DNA of 64,000 nt from Anaeramoeba ignava BMAN (lineage: Eukaryota > Protista > Anaeramoebae): the NCBI GenBank assembly GCA_028826165.1, contig JAPDFW010000063.1, positions 806,001 through 870,000 on the forward strand, read 5' to 3'. How positions within the stretch are numbered: the first letter of the stretch is position 1; the number at the start of each line of letters is the position of its first letter. The notes under the pieces were generated by a model. That model made no database searches. It was not told the origin of the DNA and saw only the letters and a list, made by a program, of their open reading frames with translations. Positions 46,401 through 59,493 of the stretch are shown piece after piece. Both the position numbers and the translations under genes were made by a program.

Positions 46401-48699
46401 TCAATTCAATTCAATTTAATATTCAATTTAATTCAATATTTAATATTCAATTTAATATTCAATTTAATATTCAATACAATTCAATATTAAAATTTAATAT
46501 TCAATATTAATATTCAATTCAATTCAATTCAATTCAATTCAATTTAATTCAATATTCAATTCAATTTAATTTTTAATTTAATATTTAATTCAATTCAATT
46601 CAATATTCAATTTAATTTAATTCAATTTAATATTCAATTTAATATTTAATTCAATATTTAATTCAATTTAATTTTAATTCAATTCAATATTTAACATTTA
46701 ATATTCAATTCAATATTCAATATTCAATTCAATTCAATTCAATATTTAATATTTAATATTCAATTCAATATTCAATTTAATATTCAATATTTAATTCAAT
46801 ATTCAATTTAATATTCAATATTTAATTTAATATTTAATATTTAATATTCAATATTCAATTCAATTTTCAATTTAATTCAATTCAATATTCAATTCAATTC
46901 AATTTAATTCAATTCAATATTTAATTTAATATTCAATTTAATTCAATTTAATATTCAATATTCAATTCAATATTCAATTCAATTTTCAATTCAATATTAA
47001 AATTTAGTTCTATGAAGAATTAATGCCATACTTAAAAAACATCCTTCATCAAGCCACAGACAAACAATACGAGGTTCTTCGAGGAAAAACATTTGAATGC
47101 ATCTCTTATATCGGACAAGCAGTAGGAAAAGAAATATTCGAAAAAGACGGGAAAGAAATAATGGAAATGATGACAAAAAACATTGAAGAAATTGAACTAA
47201 ATGAGACACAAAAGGGATTTCTGGTTTATGGATCAATCAAGATGTGCCGAGTACTGCAAGAAAGCTTTCTACCATATGCTGACAAAGTGATGGGAATATT
47301 ATTTTCACAAGCGGATCAAAAACCGGATCAAATTTTACTTGACGAATTGCAGAACTCTGAAGACATCGACGTGGAGGATTGCACACTCATAATTGCAAAT
47401 GATCAACGGTTTGTTATGCGCACGTCGGTTATTGAGGAGAAAGCAAATGCAGTGTCTTTGTTGTTTCAGTTTGCTGGGGAACTTCGGGAGCATTTTGTAG
47501 TTTATGCAGAAAAAACACTTGAAATTACAGTTCCTTTGTTGTTTTTTTACTTGGATAAGAACATCCGATCATTCTCTGCACTTTGTGTTCCTGAAGTTGC
47601 AAAGGATGTTGCAATTGCTTATGAAAAAAACACTGGAAATGTTGATGGGGAATACCTGTCAAAAATCATTGGGATCGTGATCAAAAAACTTACGAAGGCT
47701 CTCAATAAGGAGAACCAAGACGAGGTGATCTCCATCCTTGTGCAGGCTGTCTCTGATGTTATCAGTTACGCCAAAAATTACGTCTCTTCGGATCTTTTTG
47801 ACCCTGTGATCAGCGTGCTTCCTGAATTGATCCAGAACAGTTATCAGCGCAGAATGTCCATCAGAGAAACTCTTGATGAATATGATGGCGAAGATAATGA
47901 AGACGACGATGATATGGCAAATCTCCGCAAAATGCTTGAAACAGAAGACGAGATCAATTTGATGATCAATGGTGTGATCACACAATTATTTAAATTTCAT
48001 GGGGGCAAATTTTTCGAAATTTTTGACAGCCGTTTTTTTCCCTATTTTCACAAACAATTATCCTCAGAGTTTCCTTTTGACGCTCAACTAGGAGTTGGGG
48101 TTTTTATCGATGTAATTGAGTGTGGAAACGCAGAGACTTTTGCGCATTACTTCCCGCAGATTTCCTCACAGTTGTTATTGCATGTTGGGTCTCCTGATCC
48201 TGGTCTTTGCCAATCAGCAGCATATTGTGTTGGTGCTTGCGCTCAATATGGCGCTGGTGTATTTGCTTCTTACGCAAAGGATTTTCTTTCTGCTCTTCAT
48301 GCAGTCATTCACTCTTCTCATTCTGAAGATGATGAGATGGGGAATGCTATTGATAATGCTATTGGTGCGTGTGTGAAGATTTGCATGTTCCAATCAAACT
48401 CAATAGACCAATCTTCTGCTTTTCAGGCTCTTCTTAATGATCTTCCTGTTCTTAATGATACAGATGAGTCGAAAACTATTTATTCCTTGGTTTGTCAGTT
48501 TATTGAACAGGAAAACCCTTATTTTGTTGGTTCTGAACATCAAAATATTCCTAGAATTGTTGAGATTATTTCTCAGGTTTATAATACTGAACTTGTTGAT
48601 GATGAAGTGAATACTAGAATGTTTGAGATTATTATTAAAATCAAGAATCATTTTCCTAATATTGAGATTGATGAGAATTTGTTTTTTGGGGATTTATAA
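43436..48699 (+). CDS. IPO5: Importin-5/Kap121 (karyopherin beta-3). Exons 43436-43606, 44145-44355, 44669-45115, 45242-45396, 45639-46220, 47008-48699
   Basis: HEAT repeats; [83 protein letters not shown]. Confidence 0.92.
45116..45241 (+). other. U12-type (minor spliceosome) AT-AC intron, 126 nt, phase 1
   Basis: Donor ATATCCTT; branch-like TTCTTTGAT with A at 45228; acceptor TTTAC. Removal restores [14 protein letters not shown]; no GT is available near the exon end. Confidence 0.9.
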
Positions 48700-48779
48700 A
48701 ATCATTAAATAAAATAAATTTACAAAAATTAGAATTTTATTTGATTTGATTTATTGATTTTATGAAACAAATTTATTTT

Positions 48780-50065
48780 GAATTTTATTTGAATTTAATT
48801 TAAATTTAATTTGAATTTAATTTGAATTTTGATTTAAATTTGATTTTAATTTGAATTTGATTTGATTTGATTTTGATTTAAATTTGATTTGATTTGATTT
48901 GATTTAATTTAAATTTATTTTGAATTTAAATTTGAATTTAAATTTAATTTAAATTTAATTTGAAATTGGTTTAATTTTGATTTAAATTTGAATTAAATTT
49001 GATTTGAATTTGATTTAAATTTGAATTAAATTTGATTTGAATTTGATTTAAATTTGATTTGAATTTGAATTTTATTTGAATTTGAATTTTATTTGATTTT
49101 GATTTAAAATTTGATTTAAATTTAATTTGAATTTGATTTAATTTGAATTTGATTTTATTTTAATTTGATTTGATTTAAATTTGATTTGAATTTGATTTAA
49201 TTTGAATTTAATTTTGATTTGAATTTTATTTAAATTTGAATTTGAATTTAAATTTGAATTTGAATTTGATTTTAATTTTTTGATTTGAATTTTAAATTTG
49301 AATTTGAATTTGAATTTTAATTTGAATTTGATTTAAATTTAAATTTGATTTGATTTGATTTAATTTAAATTTAAATTTTGATTTTGAATTTATTTAAATT
49401 TGAATTTAAATTTGATTTGAATTTGATTTGAATTTTTGATTTAAATTTGATTTGATTTAATTTTGGATTTGGATTTAAATTTGGTTTGATTTTGATTTAA
49501 ATTTGAATTTGAATTTTATTTTGAATTTGAATTTGAATTTGAATTATTTGAATTTTGAATTATTTGAATTTTGAATTTGAATTTGAATTTTATTTGAATT
49601 TGAATTTTGATTTAAATTTGATTTAAATTTAATTTGATTTTATTTTAATTTGATTTTATTTTAATTTAATTTAAATTTAATTTGATTTATTTAAATTTGA
49701 TTTTGAATTTAATTTGAATTTTAATTTGAATTTGATTTAAATTTAAATTTGATTTGATTTGATTTAAATTAAATTTAAATTTGAATTTGATTTTATTTTA
49801 ATTTGATTTGATTTTAATTTGATTTTAATTTGATTTATTTAAATTTGATTTGTTTGAATTTAATTTAAATTTTGATTTGATTTAAATTTTAATTTGGATT
49901 TATTTAAATTTGATTTATTTGAATTTGATTTGAAATTTGATTTGAAATTTAAATTGATTTTGAATTTGATTTGAATTTTGAATTTGATTTGATTTTTAAA
50001 TTTGATTTAAATTTGATTTGTTTAAATTTGATTTGATTTGATTTTGATTTGATTTAAATTTGATT
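48780..50065. repeat. Degenerate TTTGA(A/T)/TTTAAA simple-repeat tract between convergent IPO5 and DDX23
   Basis: Directly visible; C-free on +, so G-free on the DDX23 sense strand. Confidence 0.9.
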
Positions 50066-52840
50066 TTAATTCATATCAATCCCATCACCAAAAGAAGTAA
50101 AATTAACAAGTTTTGTTAAAGCATCAGGATGATGGTCAAGTTCATAAGGAATTTGTGCAGAACTTGATTTAAGAAGATTTCTAAAATCAAAGAAGATTTC
50201 ATTATCATCAAGAGTAAGAAAAGTAACAGCAATACCAGATTTACCAGCACGAGCAGTTCTACCGACACGATGTATATAATCATCAATACTCTTAGCCATA
50301 TCAAAATTGATAACATGGGTAACACTATCGATATCAAGACCTCTGCTCGCAACATCAGTAGCAACAAGTATATCCGCAAGACCATCACGAAAGCGGTCCA
50401 TGGCGGCCTCACGCTGATCTTGGGATTTGCGACCGTGAATGCAGACCGAATGGAACCCAAGCTTGTCAAGAGACTTGGAAAGAGAGTCTGCCTTGTGTAC
50501 CGTATTCACAAAAACAATCACTGGTGGTTTTGCTGTGTCGAGTATCTCCAGAAGCTTGTCTTTCTTCTCAAACTCCTTTGTCATTAAAACTTCCTGCTCG
50601 ACAGTGTCAACAACTTTTCCGCCTTCTCCAACTCGCACAACCACAGGATCCCGCAGGAACTTCTGTGCAATACGCTCCACGCCAGGGGACATTGTTGCTG
50701 TGAACATAAACGTCTGGCGGTAGCGAAATTCTGCAATCTCTCGGAATGCGCGTTCCGCTTCTTCGTCAATTTCAAGTTGTGTCCGAGGCGTCCGGCTTCG
50801 TCGTCGCCCCTTTCCTCCTTTCACAGGCTTCAAATACACATTGTGCTCGAGAAAGTTGTGAGAACGATGAGCCATCATTGTCGGTAATTGAAGCTCATCG
50901 AGTTCGTCTCCTGTCAATCCAGGAGCAAGTGTGTCAATCGAAATTTTCCGATTTGTGATCAATTCGGAATTTTTTGGATTGAAATTTTCTCCAAAAAAAA
51001 TTCCCTCTAAATATCCATGTTGTTCCTCAGATTCTTGAGGTCGAAGATTGGTTGCAGGCATTTGGTTCAGGATCTCTGTTACTTGAGGCTCAAATCCCAT
51101 ATTCATCATGCGATCCGCCTCGTCAATAACAACATAATTGCACTGGTTCAATACAAGAAATTGCCGCTCAATACAGTCCCGCAGCCTTCCTGGTGTTGCA
51201 ATAAGAATCTCAATCCCTTCGCGCAGTGCAAATCCCTGTTCCTCAATGGACAACCCTCCCACGATAGAATATGCCCGAATACCAAGAGGTTTTGCAAACT
51301 TTATTGCCTCGTTCTCAATTTGTTGTGCAAGTTCTCTTGTTGGTACAAGTATCAACGCATAAGGTCCATTCTGTGCATTTTGCGCAGTCATTCGAGGTAG
51401 TTTGCGTACATAGATAAGCATCGGGAACAGATATGCTGCCGTTTTCCCGCATCCTGTCTCTGCAACCCCAATCATATCACGGTTCATCAATCCAACTGGG
51501 ATGGATTGCGACTGGATCGCTGTTGGTTCTTCATATCCTGCATCGTGGATTGCTTGTTGAAGCTCCTCTGGAAACGGTCCTTCTTTCCAATATCTCAGCG
51601 GATTCGGCACGTTTCCTCCCTTGCAGATAATTTGCTTGTCTTCCCGGAAAATCCGCCAATCTCTTGCTGTCATTTCCTCTCGTTTTTTCTCGCTCCAATG
51701 TCTGTGGTCGATAATCTTCTCAACCTCCTTTTCATTCACCTTCCCTTTCGATGGTCGTGAGAAACTCGCAACTCCCTTTGGTTGCCGTCTGTAATGTTCG
51801 TCTTCTCCGTGTTTGTGAATCTTTGTTTTTTCGTGCGTTTTTTCGTTGTGTCTATGATGATCTTCTTTTATGGATTCTTTTTTTGACCGTTTTTTTTTTT
51901 CACCTTTTTGATCAATTTTTTCATCTTTTTGATCAATTTTTTCTTTTTTGTCAAAATTCGCATGTTTTTCTTTATCATGTTTATCATATTTTTCTTTATC
52001 ATGTTTATCATATTTTTCTTTATCATGTTTATCATATTTTTCTTTATCATGTTTATCATATTTTTCTTTATCATGTTTTCTATATTTATCATGTTTTCTA
52101 TATTTTTCTTTATCATGTTTATCATATTTGTCATATTTGTCATATTTGTCATATTTGTCATATTTGTTATGATTGTCATATTTGTCATGACTGTCATATT
52201 TGTCATATTTGTCATATTTGTCATATTTGTCATATTTATCATGATTGTCATATTTGTCATATTTATCATATTTGTCATATTTCCTATATCTATCATGATT
52301 GTCATATTTGTCATATTTTTCGAATTTTTCATATATTTTCCTACTTTTTCTTTCCTCTTCTTCATCCATTGTTTGTTCTTCTACATCAATCCCGCCTATC
52401 TTGCCGCGTCCAAACAAGAGCGGAAGACCACGAGCAGTCTGGTACAAAGGGTTTGTTTCTTTAGAAGTGTCCTCACTATCGTCCCAATCAAACCTAACTT
52501 TTTGTCGATCCCCATGTTTTCTTTCTCTCTTCTTTTTAATTACTACCCCAATATACCGTCTTTTGATTTCCTCAGCGTCACCCATTTCGCTCATCTCTTC
52601 TCGTCCTCTTTCTTTACCAACTCGGTCGCTTCTTCTTATGTCTTCGTCTTCCTCTTTTTTATGTTTCCGTTTTTTTCTTTCTTCTTTTACTTGTTTTGCA
52701 AATTGTTGTCTTTCTTTTTCTATTTCTCTTTCTTTTTCTTCTCGTTTTTTTCTTTCTTCTTCTTCCTCTTGTTTTTTTAATGCTTCTCTTTGTTCTTTTG
52801 TTAAAAATACTGGTTTAATATTTGTATTTGGATTTAACAT
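50066..52840 (-). CDS. DDX23: Spliceosomal DEAD-box helicase Prp28/DDX23 (intronless, 924 aa)
   Basis: KPVFLTKEQRE, FDWDDSEDTS, RHWSEK...MTARDWRIFRED, AETGCGKT, PTRELA, DEAD, YRQTFMFTATM, HRVGRTARAG. Confidence 0.95.
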   Translation of the reverse strand: MLNPNTNIKPVFLTKEQREALKKQEEEEERKKREEKEREIEKERQQFAKQVKEERKKRKHKKEEDEDIRRSDRVGKERGREEMSEMGDAEEIKRRYIGVVIKKKRERKHGDRQKVRFDWDDSEDTSKETNPLYQTARGLPLLFGRGKIGGIDVEEQTMDEEEERKSRKIYEKFEKYDKYDNHDRYRKYDKYDKYDKYDNHDKYDKYDKYDKYDKYDSHDKYDNHNKYDKYDKYDKYDKYDKHDKEKYRKHDKYRKHDKEKYDKHDKEKYDKHDKEKYDKHDKEKYDKHDKEKHANFDKKEKIDQKDEKIDQKGEKKKRSKKESIKEDHHRHNEKTHEKTKIHKHGEDEHYRRQPKGVASFSRPSKGKVNEKEVEKIIDHRHWSEKKREEMTARDWRIFREDKQIICKGGNVPNPLRYWKEGPFPEELQQAIHDAGYEEPTAIQSQSIPVGLMNRDMIGVAETGCGKTAAYLFPMLIYVRKLPRMTAQNAQNGPYALILVPTRELAQQIENEAIKFAKPLGIRAYSIVGGLSIEEQGFALREGIEILIATPGRLRDCIERQFLVLNQCNYVVIDEADRMMNMGFEPQVTEILNQMPATNLRPQESEEQHGYLEGIFFGENFNPKNSELITNRKISIDTLAPGLTGDELDELQLPTMMAHRSHNFLEHNVYLKPVKGGKGRRRSRTPRTQLEIDEEAERAFREIAEFRYRQTFMFTATMSPGVERIAQKFLRDPVVVRVGEGGKVVDTVEQEVLMTKEFEKKDKLLEILDTAKPPVIVFVNTVHKADSLSKSLDKLGFHSVCIHGRKSQDQREAAMDRFRDGLADILVATDVASRGLDIDSVTHVINFDMAKSIDDYIHRVGRTARAGKSGIAVTFLTLDDNEIFFDFRNLLKSSSAQIPYELDHHPDALTKLVNFTSFGDGIDMN

Positions 52841-53026
52841 TTAAAATGAAAAAATGAAAAAAATGAAAAAAATGAAAAAAATGAAAATCAAAAATGATGT
52901 TTTTTTTTAATGAAAAAGAAAAAAAATTCCAATAAGATGTTGTTTTTAAAAAAAAAATAAAAGCTCAATAAATTTCTTCTTTTTTATTTGTTTGTTTCTT
53001 TGTTTCTTTTTTGTTTTGTTTAAAAA

Positions 53027-54498
53027 TTAATTCTGTCCTCTTAATTTTTGTAATCTTGCTGTTAAATCATCTTCTTTAACTTCTTGTTTTTGATTATCTA
53101 AAGGAGAAGTTTCGAGTTGAGTTCCAATTTGGATTCCTTTTAAAAAATCAAACAAAAATTAAAATTAAAAAATTAAAACAAAAATTAAAATTAAAATCAA
53201 ATTAAAAAATTTTATTTTATTTACCATGTTCATCAGCAACTTGTTTAATTAAAATATCAACTTCATCTGTTGGAGTTGTCATTGCATTTGTTGAATCCAT
53301 ACTTTCCGCTTTATTTTTATATTTATTTTTTTTAAATATTTTTTTTCCGAAATTTTTTTTTTAAAAAAAAAATTAATTTACACATTGTTTCTGTCATAAC
53401 ATCAAGATCTCCAAATTGTTTTTCAAATTGATCCATTACTGAAGTCATCTTTTTAAATTTTAATTTTAATTTTAAATTTTAATTTTAATTTTAATTTTAA
53501 TTTTAATTTAATTTTTAATTTTAATTTTAATTTTAATTTTAATTTTAATTTTAATTTTTAATTTTAATTTTAATTTTAATTTTAATTTTAATTTTAATTT
53601 TAATATTAATTTTAATTTTAATTTTAATTTTAATTTTAATAATAAATTTAATTTTAATTTTAATTTTAATTTTAATTTTATAAATAAATTTTAATTTTAA
53701 TTTTAATTTTAATATTAATTTTATAAATTAATTTTATAAATAAATTTTATAAATAAATTTTAATTTACCTTTGTTAAATCCATTGCTTCCATAGATTTTC
53801 CCATTGAAGAAACAACTCCTCTCATTGATTTAGAAAGCTAAAAAAAAAATTATTTATGGATTAATTAAAAATTGGATATTTTATAAATTTGTAATTAATA
53901 AAGAAAATATAAAAAAATTTAAAGAGCAAACTTGTCCCATTCTAACTGCTGTTTCAACTCTAGCAGCAACACCATCAATTCTACTTGCAAGACGAAGATC
54001 TTTTTAAATGATTTTTTTTTTAAATGATAAAATTATTTTTAATTAAAATTTTTTAAATAAAAATTCCCATCTTCAAAAAATTAAATTTTTCAGTTTTTGT
54101 TTTTTTTTGTTTTTTTTACAATTCATTGCTTGATTTTTTTGCCGAATACTTTTTATTTTTATTTTTTATTTTTTATTTAAATTTAATTTGAAAATTTAAT
54201 TTTAAAATTTAATTTGAAATTTACCTATTTTGTGCATAAATTCTTGCACCTTCAATATTCCCTTTAGCAATTGCTTTTTTTAAAAATGATAATTGCTTTT
54301 TTTGATCTTTTTCACACTTTTTACTTGATCTTTGTAATTGTCTTGAGGTAAATTTTAATTGAAAAAGTTGATCTTTTTAAAATAATTTTAATTTTTTAAT
54401 TTTTAATTTTTAATTTTTAATTTTTAATTTTTAATTTTTAATTTTTAATTTTTAATTTTTAATTTTGCAAATGATTTTTTTATCAATTTACTTTCCAT
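53027..54498 (-). CDS. CHMP1: ESCRT-III CHMP1/Did2/Vps46, 8 exons; absent from the ORF track
   Basis: Spliced product MENQLFQLKFTSRQLQRSSKKCEK...GNIEGARIYAQNSIRQKNQAMNYLRLASRIDGVAARVETAVRMGQ...MDQFEKQFGDLDV...QVADEHG...DDLTARLQKLRGQN; seven GT-AG introns keep frame. Confidence 0.93.
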
Positions 54499-54980
54499 CT
54501 TTATTTTAAAAAAATAATAAAGAATTTAAATGCAAAAAAAAAAGGAAAAAAAAAATGAAAAATGAAAAAATGAAAAAAAATTAAAAGGAGAAAAAATAAA
54601 AGGAGAAAAAAAATTGTGGAATTATTTTATTTAATTCTTTCTTGTTTTTCTTCTTCTTTTAAATTTGAATTAATTTTAAATATTTTTATTTGGATCCTAA
54701 AGTAATAAAATTTAAATAAATTTTTCATTTTTTTTGACATTTTTATTGATCAATTTTTTTCAAAATAAAAAAACTTAATTTAACAAAAAGAAAAAAAAAT
54801 TCAAAAAAAATTTTAATTTCCTTTTTTTATTTTTTTTCATTTTTTTTTTGTTTTTAAAAAAGAAACAACAGAAAAACACAAAAACAAACTTAATTTGATT
54901 TTTTATTGAATTAACGTTTTTTTATTATTATTATTTCTATTTATTTTTTATTTTTTATTTTTATTATTATTAATATTATT

Positions 54981-57900
54981 ATGGCAAACAATTTTGAATT
55001 AAAAAACCAAATAAATTCTTTGGAAGCTTTTGATGAAAATGAATTTAATGATCCTTCCAATTTTCAAGAATTTACAACTCAAAATTTAAATCAAAATGAA
55101 AATGAAAATGAAAATGAAAATGAAAATGAAAATGAAAATGAAAAACCGAATGGCGTTCAAAATGGTAAAATATTATTTAAAAATTAAAAAATTAAGAAAA
55201 AATTAAGAAAAAATTAAGAAAACGAAAACAATTTTAATTAAAATTTTAACTGTTTTTTTTTTGGGGATGAAAAATTTAATAAACAAAAAACAAACAAAAA
55301 ATACAAAAATAAAATCTAAAACAAATAACAAAATCTAAAACAAAATAAAATCTAAAACAAAAAACAAATAACAAAATCTAAAATTATTTCCCATTTTTTT
55401 GGTTATTCAATTAACCACCTTTTTTAAACATCAAATTGATCAAAAAAGGGAATGGAAATAAAATAATAAATAAAATAATAAATAAAATAATAAATAAAAT
55501 TATAAATTAAATTATAAATTAAATTATAAATAAAATTATAAAATAAACTTATAAATAAAATTATAAATAAAATTATAAATTAAATTATAAATTAAATTAT
55601 AAATTAATTTATAAATAAAATTATAAATAAAATAATAAATAAAATTATAAATAAAATAATAAATAAAATTATAAATAAAATTATAAATTAAATTATAAAT
55701 AAAATTATAAATAAAATTATAAATAAATTATAAATAAAATTATAAATTAAATTATAAATAAAATTATAAATTAAATTATAAATAAAATTATAAATAAAAT
55801 TATAAATAAAATTATAAATAAAATTATAAATAAAATTATAAATAAATTTATAAATAAAATTATAAATTAAAAATAATAAATTAAATTATAAATTAAATTA
55901 TAAATTAAATAATAAATTAAATTATAAATAAAATTATAAAAATAAAATATAAATTAAATTATAAATAAAATTATAAATTAAATTATAAATTAAATTATAA
56001 ATTAAATTATAAATAAAATTATAAATAAAATTATAAATAAAATTATAAATAAAATTATAAATAAAATTATAAATAAAATTATAAATAAAAATAATAAATA
56101 AAATTATAAATAAAATTATAAATAAAATTATAAATAAAATTATAAATAAAATTATAAATAAAATTATAAATTAAATTATAAATAAACTTATAAATTAAAT
56201 TATAAATTAAATTATAAATTAAAATATAAACAAAAATTATAAATAAAATTATAAATAAAAAATTATAAATAAAATAATAAATAAAATTATAAATAAAATT
56301 ATAAATAAAATTATAAATAAAATTATAAATAAAATTATAAATAAAATTATAAATTAAATTATAAATTAAATTATAAATTAAAATATAAACAAAATTATAA
56401 ATAAAATTATAAATAAAATTATAAATAAAATAATAAATAAAATTATAAATAAAATTATAAATAAAATTATAAATAAAATTATAAATAAAAATTATAAATA
56501 AAATTATAAATAAAATTATAAATAAAATTATAAATTAAAATTATAAATTAAATTATAAATAAAATTATAAATAAAATTATAAATAAAATTATAAATAAAA
56601 TTATAAATAAAATTATAAATAAAATTATAAATAAAATTATAAATAAAATTATAAATAAAATTATAAATAAAATAATAAATAAAATTATAAATAAAATTAT
56701 AAATAAAATTATAAATTAAATTATAAATTAAATTATAAATTAAAATAATAAATTAAATTATAAATAAAATTATAAATAAAATTATAAATTAAATTATAAA
56801 TTAAATTATAAATTATATTCATATTTATACTAATTATTGTTTTAATAGAAAATATTTTGGCTCAAAATGGAATTTCAATGAAATCTCATGTAACTTCAAT
56901 ATCAGGTTCACCAACTGAAAAACAATTGAATATTAATGATTTTATTGAAGAAGAACTTGATGCTAATTTCTCAGATTCTGGAGATCCTTTTGAATTTTTC
57001 GAACAAGAAATTCAAGGAAGAATTCTTCAAAATTTATTCTTTTTATCTGATGATTCTGATTGGACTGTTGATCAAGAAAACTCTAAAGATGGAAAAATAA
57101 AACTTTCAAGTTCAGAAATTAACAATAATGCATCAATGTTTAGAACTAATTTTCTTGGGAAAGGTATGAATAAAAATTAATATAAAAATTAATATAAAAA
57201 TTAATATAAAAATCAATATAAAAATTAATATAAAAATCAATATAAAAATTAATATAAAAATCAATATAAAAATTAATATAAAAATTAATATAAAAATCAA
57301 TATAAAAAACTATATAAAAATCAATATAAAAATTAATATAAAAATTAATATAAAAATCAATATAATTTAAAGAATTTGATAATATTGTTATTAATCATGC
57401 GGAAGAAGGTTATATTGTTATTTCTATTCTTACATTAAAAGAGGGAAAACAAATTAACTATCAAATTCTAATGACAACAAAAAAAGAAACTAAATTTTTC
57501 TCTTTTAATAAAAAAGATATGAAAATTTCTAATGGATGTTGTCAAGGAACTCCATTAAGAAAAATTATTCAAAAAGTTGATAATACTTTTTATAATCTTC
57601 CTTTTGATTATTGTGAAGAACAAAAAACAGATGAAAATGATTTATTAGCAATTGAAGATTCAACAGTAAATTTAAATATAATCAAAAAAATTGATTTTAA
57701 TTTTAATTTTAATATTTATTTAATTTTAATTTTAATTTTAATTTTTATTTTAATATTTAATTTTAATATTTAATTTTAATATTTAATTTTAATTTTATAA
57801 ATGAATTTTAAATTGAATTTTAAATTGAATTTTAATTAAGTCGCTTCATAAATTTAAATTTGGAATCATATTTTTCCGTCAAAATCTTCGAACTGAAGAA

Positions 57901-59493
57901 CAAATTTTCTTAAATCGTAAACAAAAAAAAATAATTTAAAAAACAAATGAATTTATTTTAATGAATTTATTTTAATGAATTTATTTATTCTGGGTTAAAG
58001 GGAATACAAGTAAAAATTATAAAGATTTTCTAGATTTATTAGGAGATCAAATTGAATTGAAAAATTTTTCAGGATACAAGGGAGGACTTGATACTAAATG
58101 TATTTATAAATTTATCAATATTAATAATATCAATATTAAAAAAAATATTTTTTGATTCTTTGATATTAATTTAAAAAATTTATTTATAGATGATACACAT
58201 GGAAAATTTAGTATTTATACAAATTGGAATAATTTTGAAATTATGTTTCATGTAGCTTCATTATTTCCTCTCAATGGAGATAATAAACAAGAAGCATTTG
58301 TAAAATAACTATAAATTACAATAATTATAATAATATTTCCCAAAAATTGATTAATTCTTTTTTATTTAAAAATAAAAAAAGATTAATATTAAAAAACATA
58401 TTGGAAATGATGTTGTTCTTTTGGTTTTTCTTGATGGAGATCATACAGTTTTTGATCCTTCAGTTGTAATTTCGAAACAAATTCGTAAATTCAAAATTAA
58501 AATTAAAATTAAAATTAATATTTAAATTAAAATTAAAATTAATATTAAAATATAAAATTAAAAATTAAAATTAAAATTAAAATTAAAATTAAAATTAAAA
58601 TATAAAATTATTATTTAAAATTAAAAATCAAAATAGATATTATAATTGCAGTCAAATCAATAACTTCTTTAGAAAAGCCAGATGAAACAGAATATATGTA
58701 AATTTAATATTCAATTTAATTTAAAAATTTAATAAGTTAAATAAATCGATAAATCAATTTCAAATTTTTATAGAATTCAAACAATTAGAAAAAAATGTGT
58801 TTCTGAATTTAAACCAAATTTACCAGAATCGCAAATATTAAAAAAAAATCAAGTGAAAGATTTTCTTTTATCAAAAGGTATAAAATCCGAATAATTTTAA
58901 TTTCAAAATAATTATAAAATAATTTTAAATTCAAAATAAAATTAATTTCAAAATAAAATTAATTTCAAAATAAAATTAATTTCAAAATAAAATTAATTTC
59001 AAAATAAAATTAATTCCAAAATAAAATTAATTCCAAAATAAAATTAATTCCAAAATAAAATTAATTCCAAAATAAAATTAATTCCAAAATTAATTCAAAA
59101 TAATTTTAATTTCAAAATAATTTTAATTCAAAATAATTTTAAATTCAAATTAATTTCAAAATAAAATTAATTTCAAAATAAAATTAATTCCAAAATAATT
59201 TTAAATTCAAAATAATTATAATTCCAAAATAAAATTAATTCCAAAATAAAATTAATTCCAAAATAATTATAAAATAAAATTAATTTCAAAATAAAATTAA
59301 TTCCAAAATAATTTTAATTGAAATAAAATTAATTTCAAAATAAAATTAATTGAATTAATTATAAAAAATTACTTCAAAAAAAGCTTGTATGGGAGAAAAA
59401 ATTGCTACAAGTTCTGGTCCATTTAAAACAAGAATTCAACAATATCGAAAAAATATTCTTCAAGGAATTTATGAAAGATATCATTCTGATTAA
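54981..59493 (+). CDS. Rap/Ran-GAP domain protein (Rap1GAP-like), 10 exons
   Basis: Spliced motifs FRTNFLGKE, FKFGII, FLDLLGDQIELKNFSGYKGGLDT, SIYT...EIMFHVASLFP, KKHIGNDVV (catalytic Asn retained); nine GT-AG introns keep frame. Confidence 0.88.
55455..56815 (+). repeat. 12-bp (AAATAAAATTAT)n minisatellite in RapGAP intron 1
   Basis: Directly visible; G-free on sense strand. Confidence 0.92.

Noticed and set aside
50720-51061. Intein in DDX23 (in-frame insertion with HN dipeptides)
   Set aside because: No N-terminal Cys/Ser block A; the HN pairs are followed by F and V rather than C/S/T; no homing endonuclease; the site is a known variable loop. No inteins were seen in the other genes.
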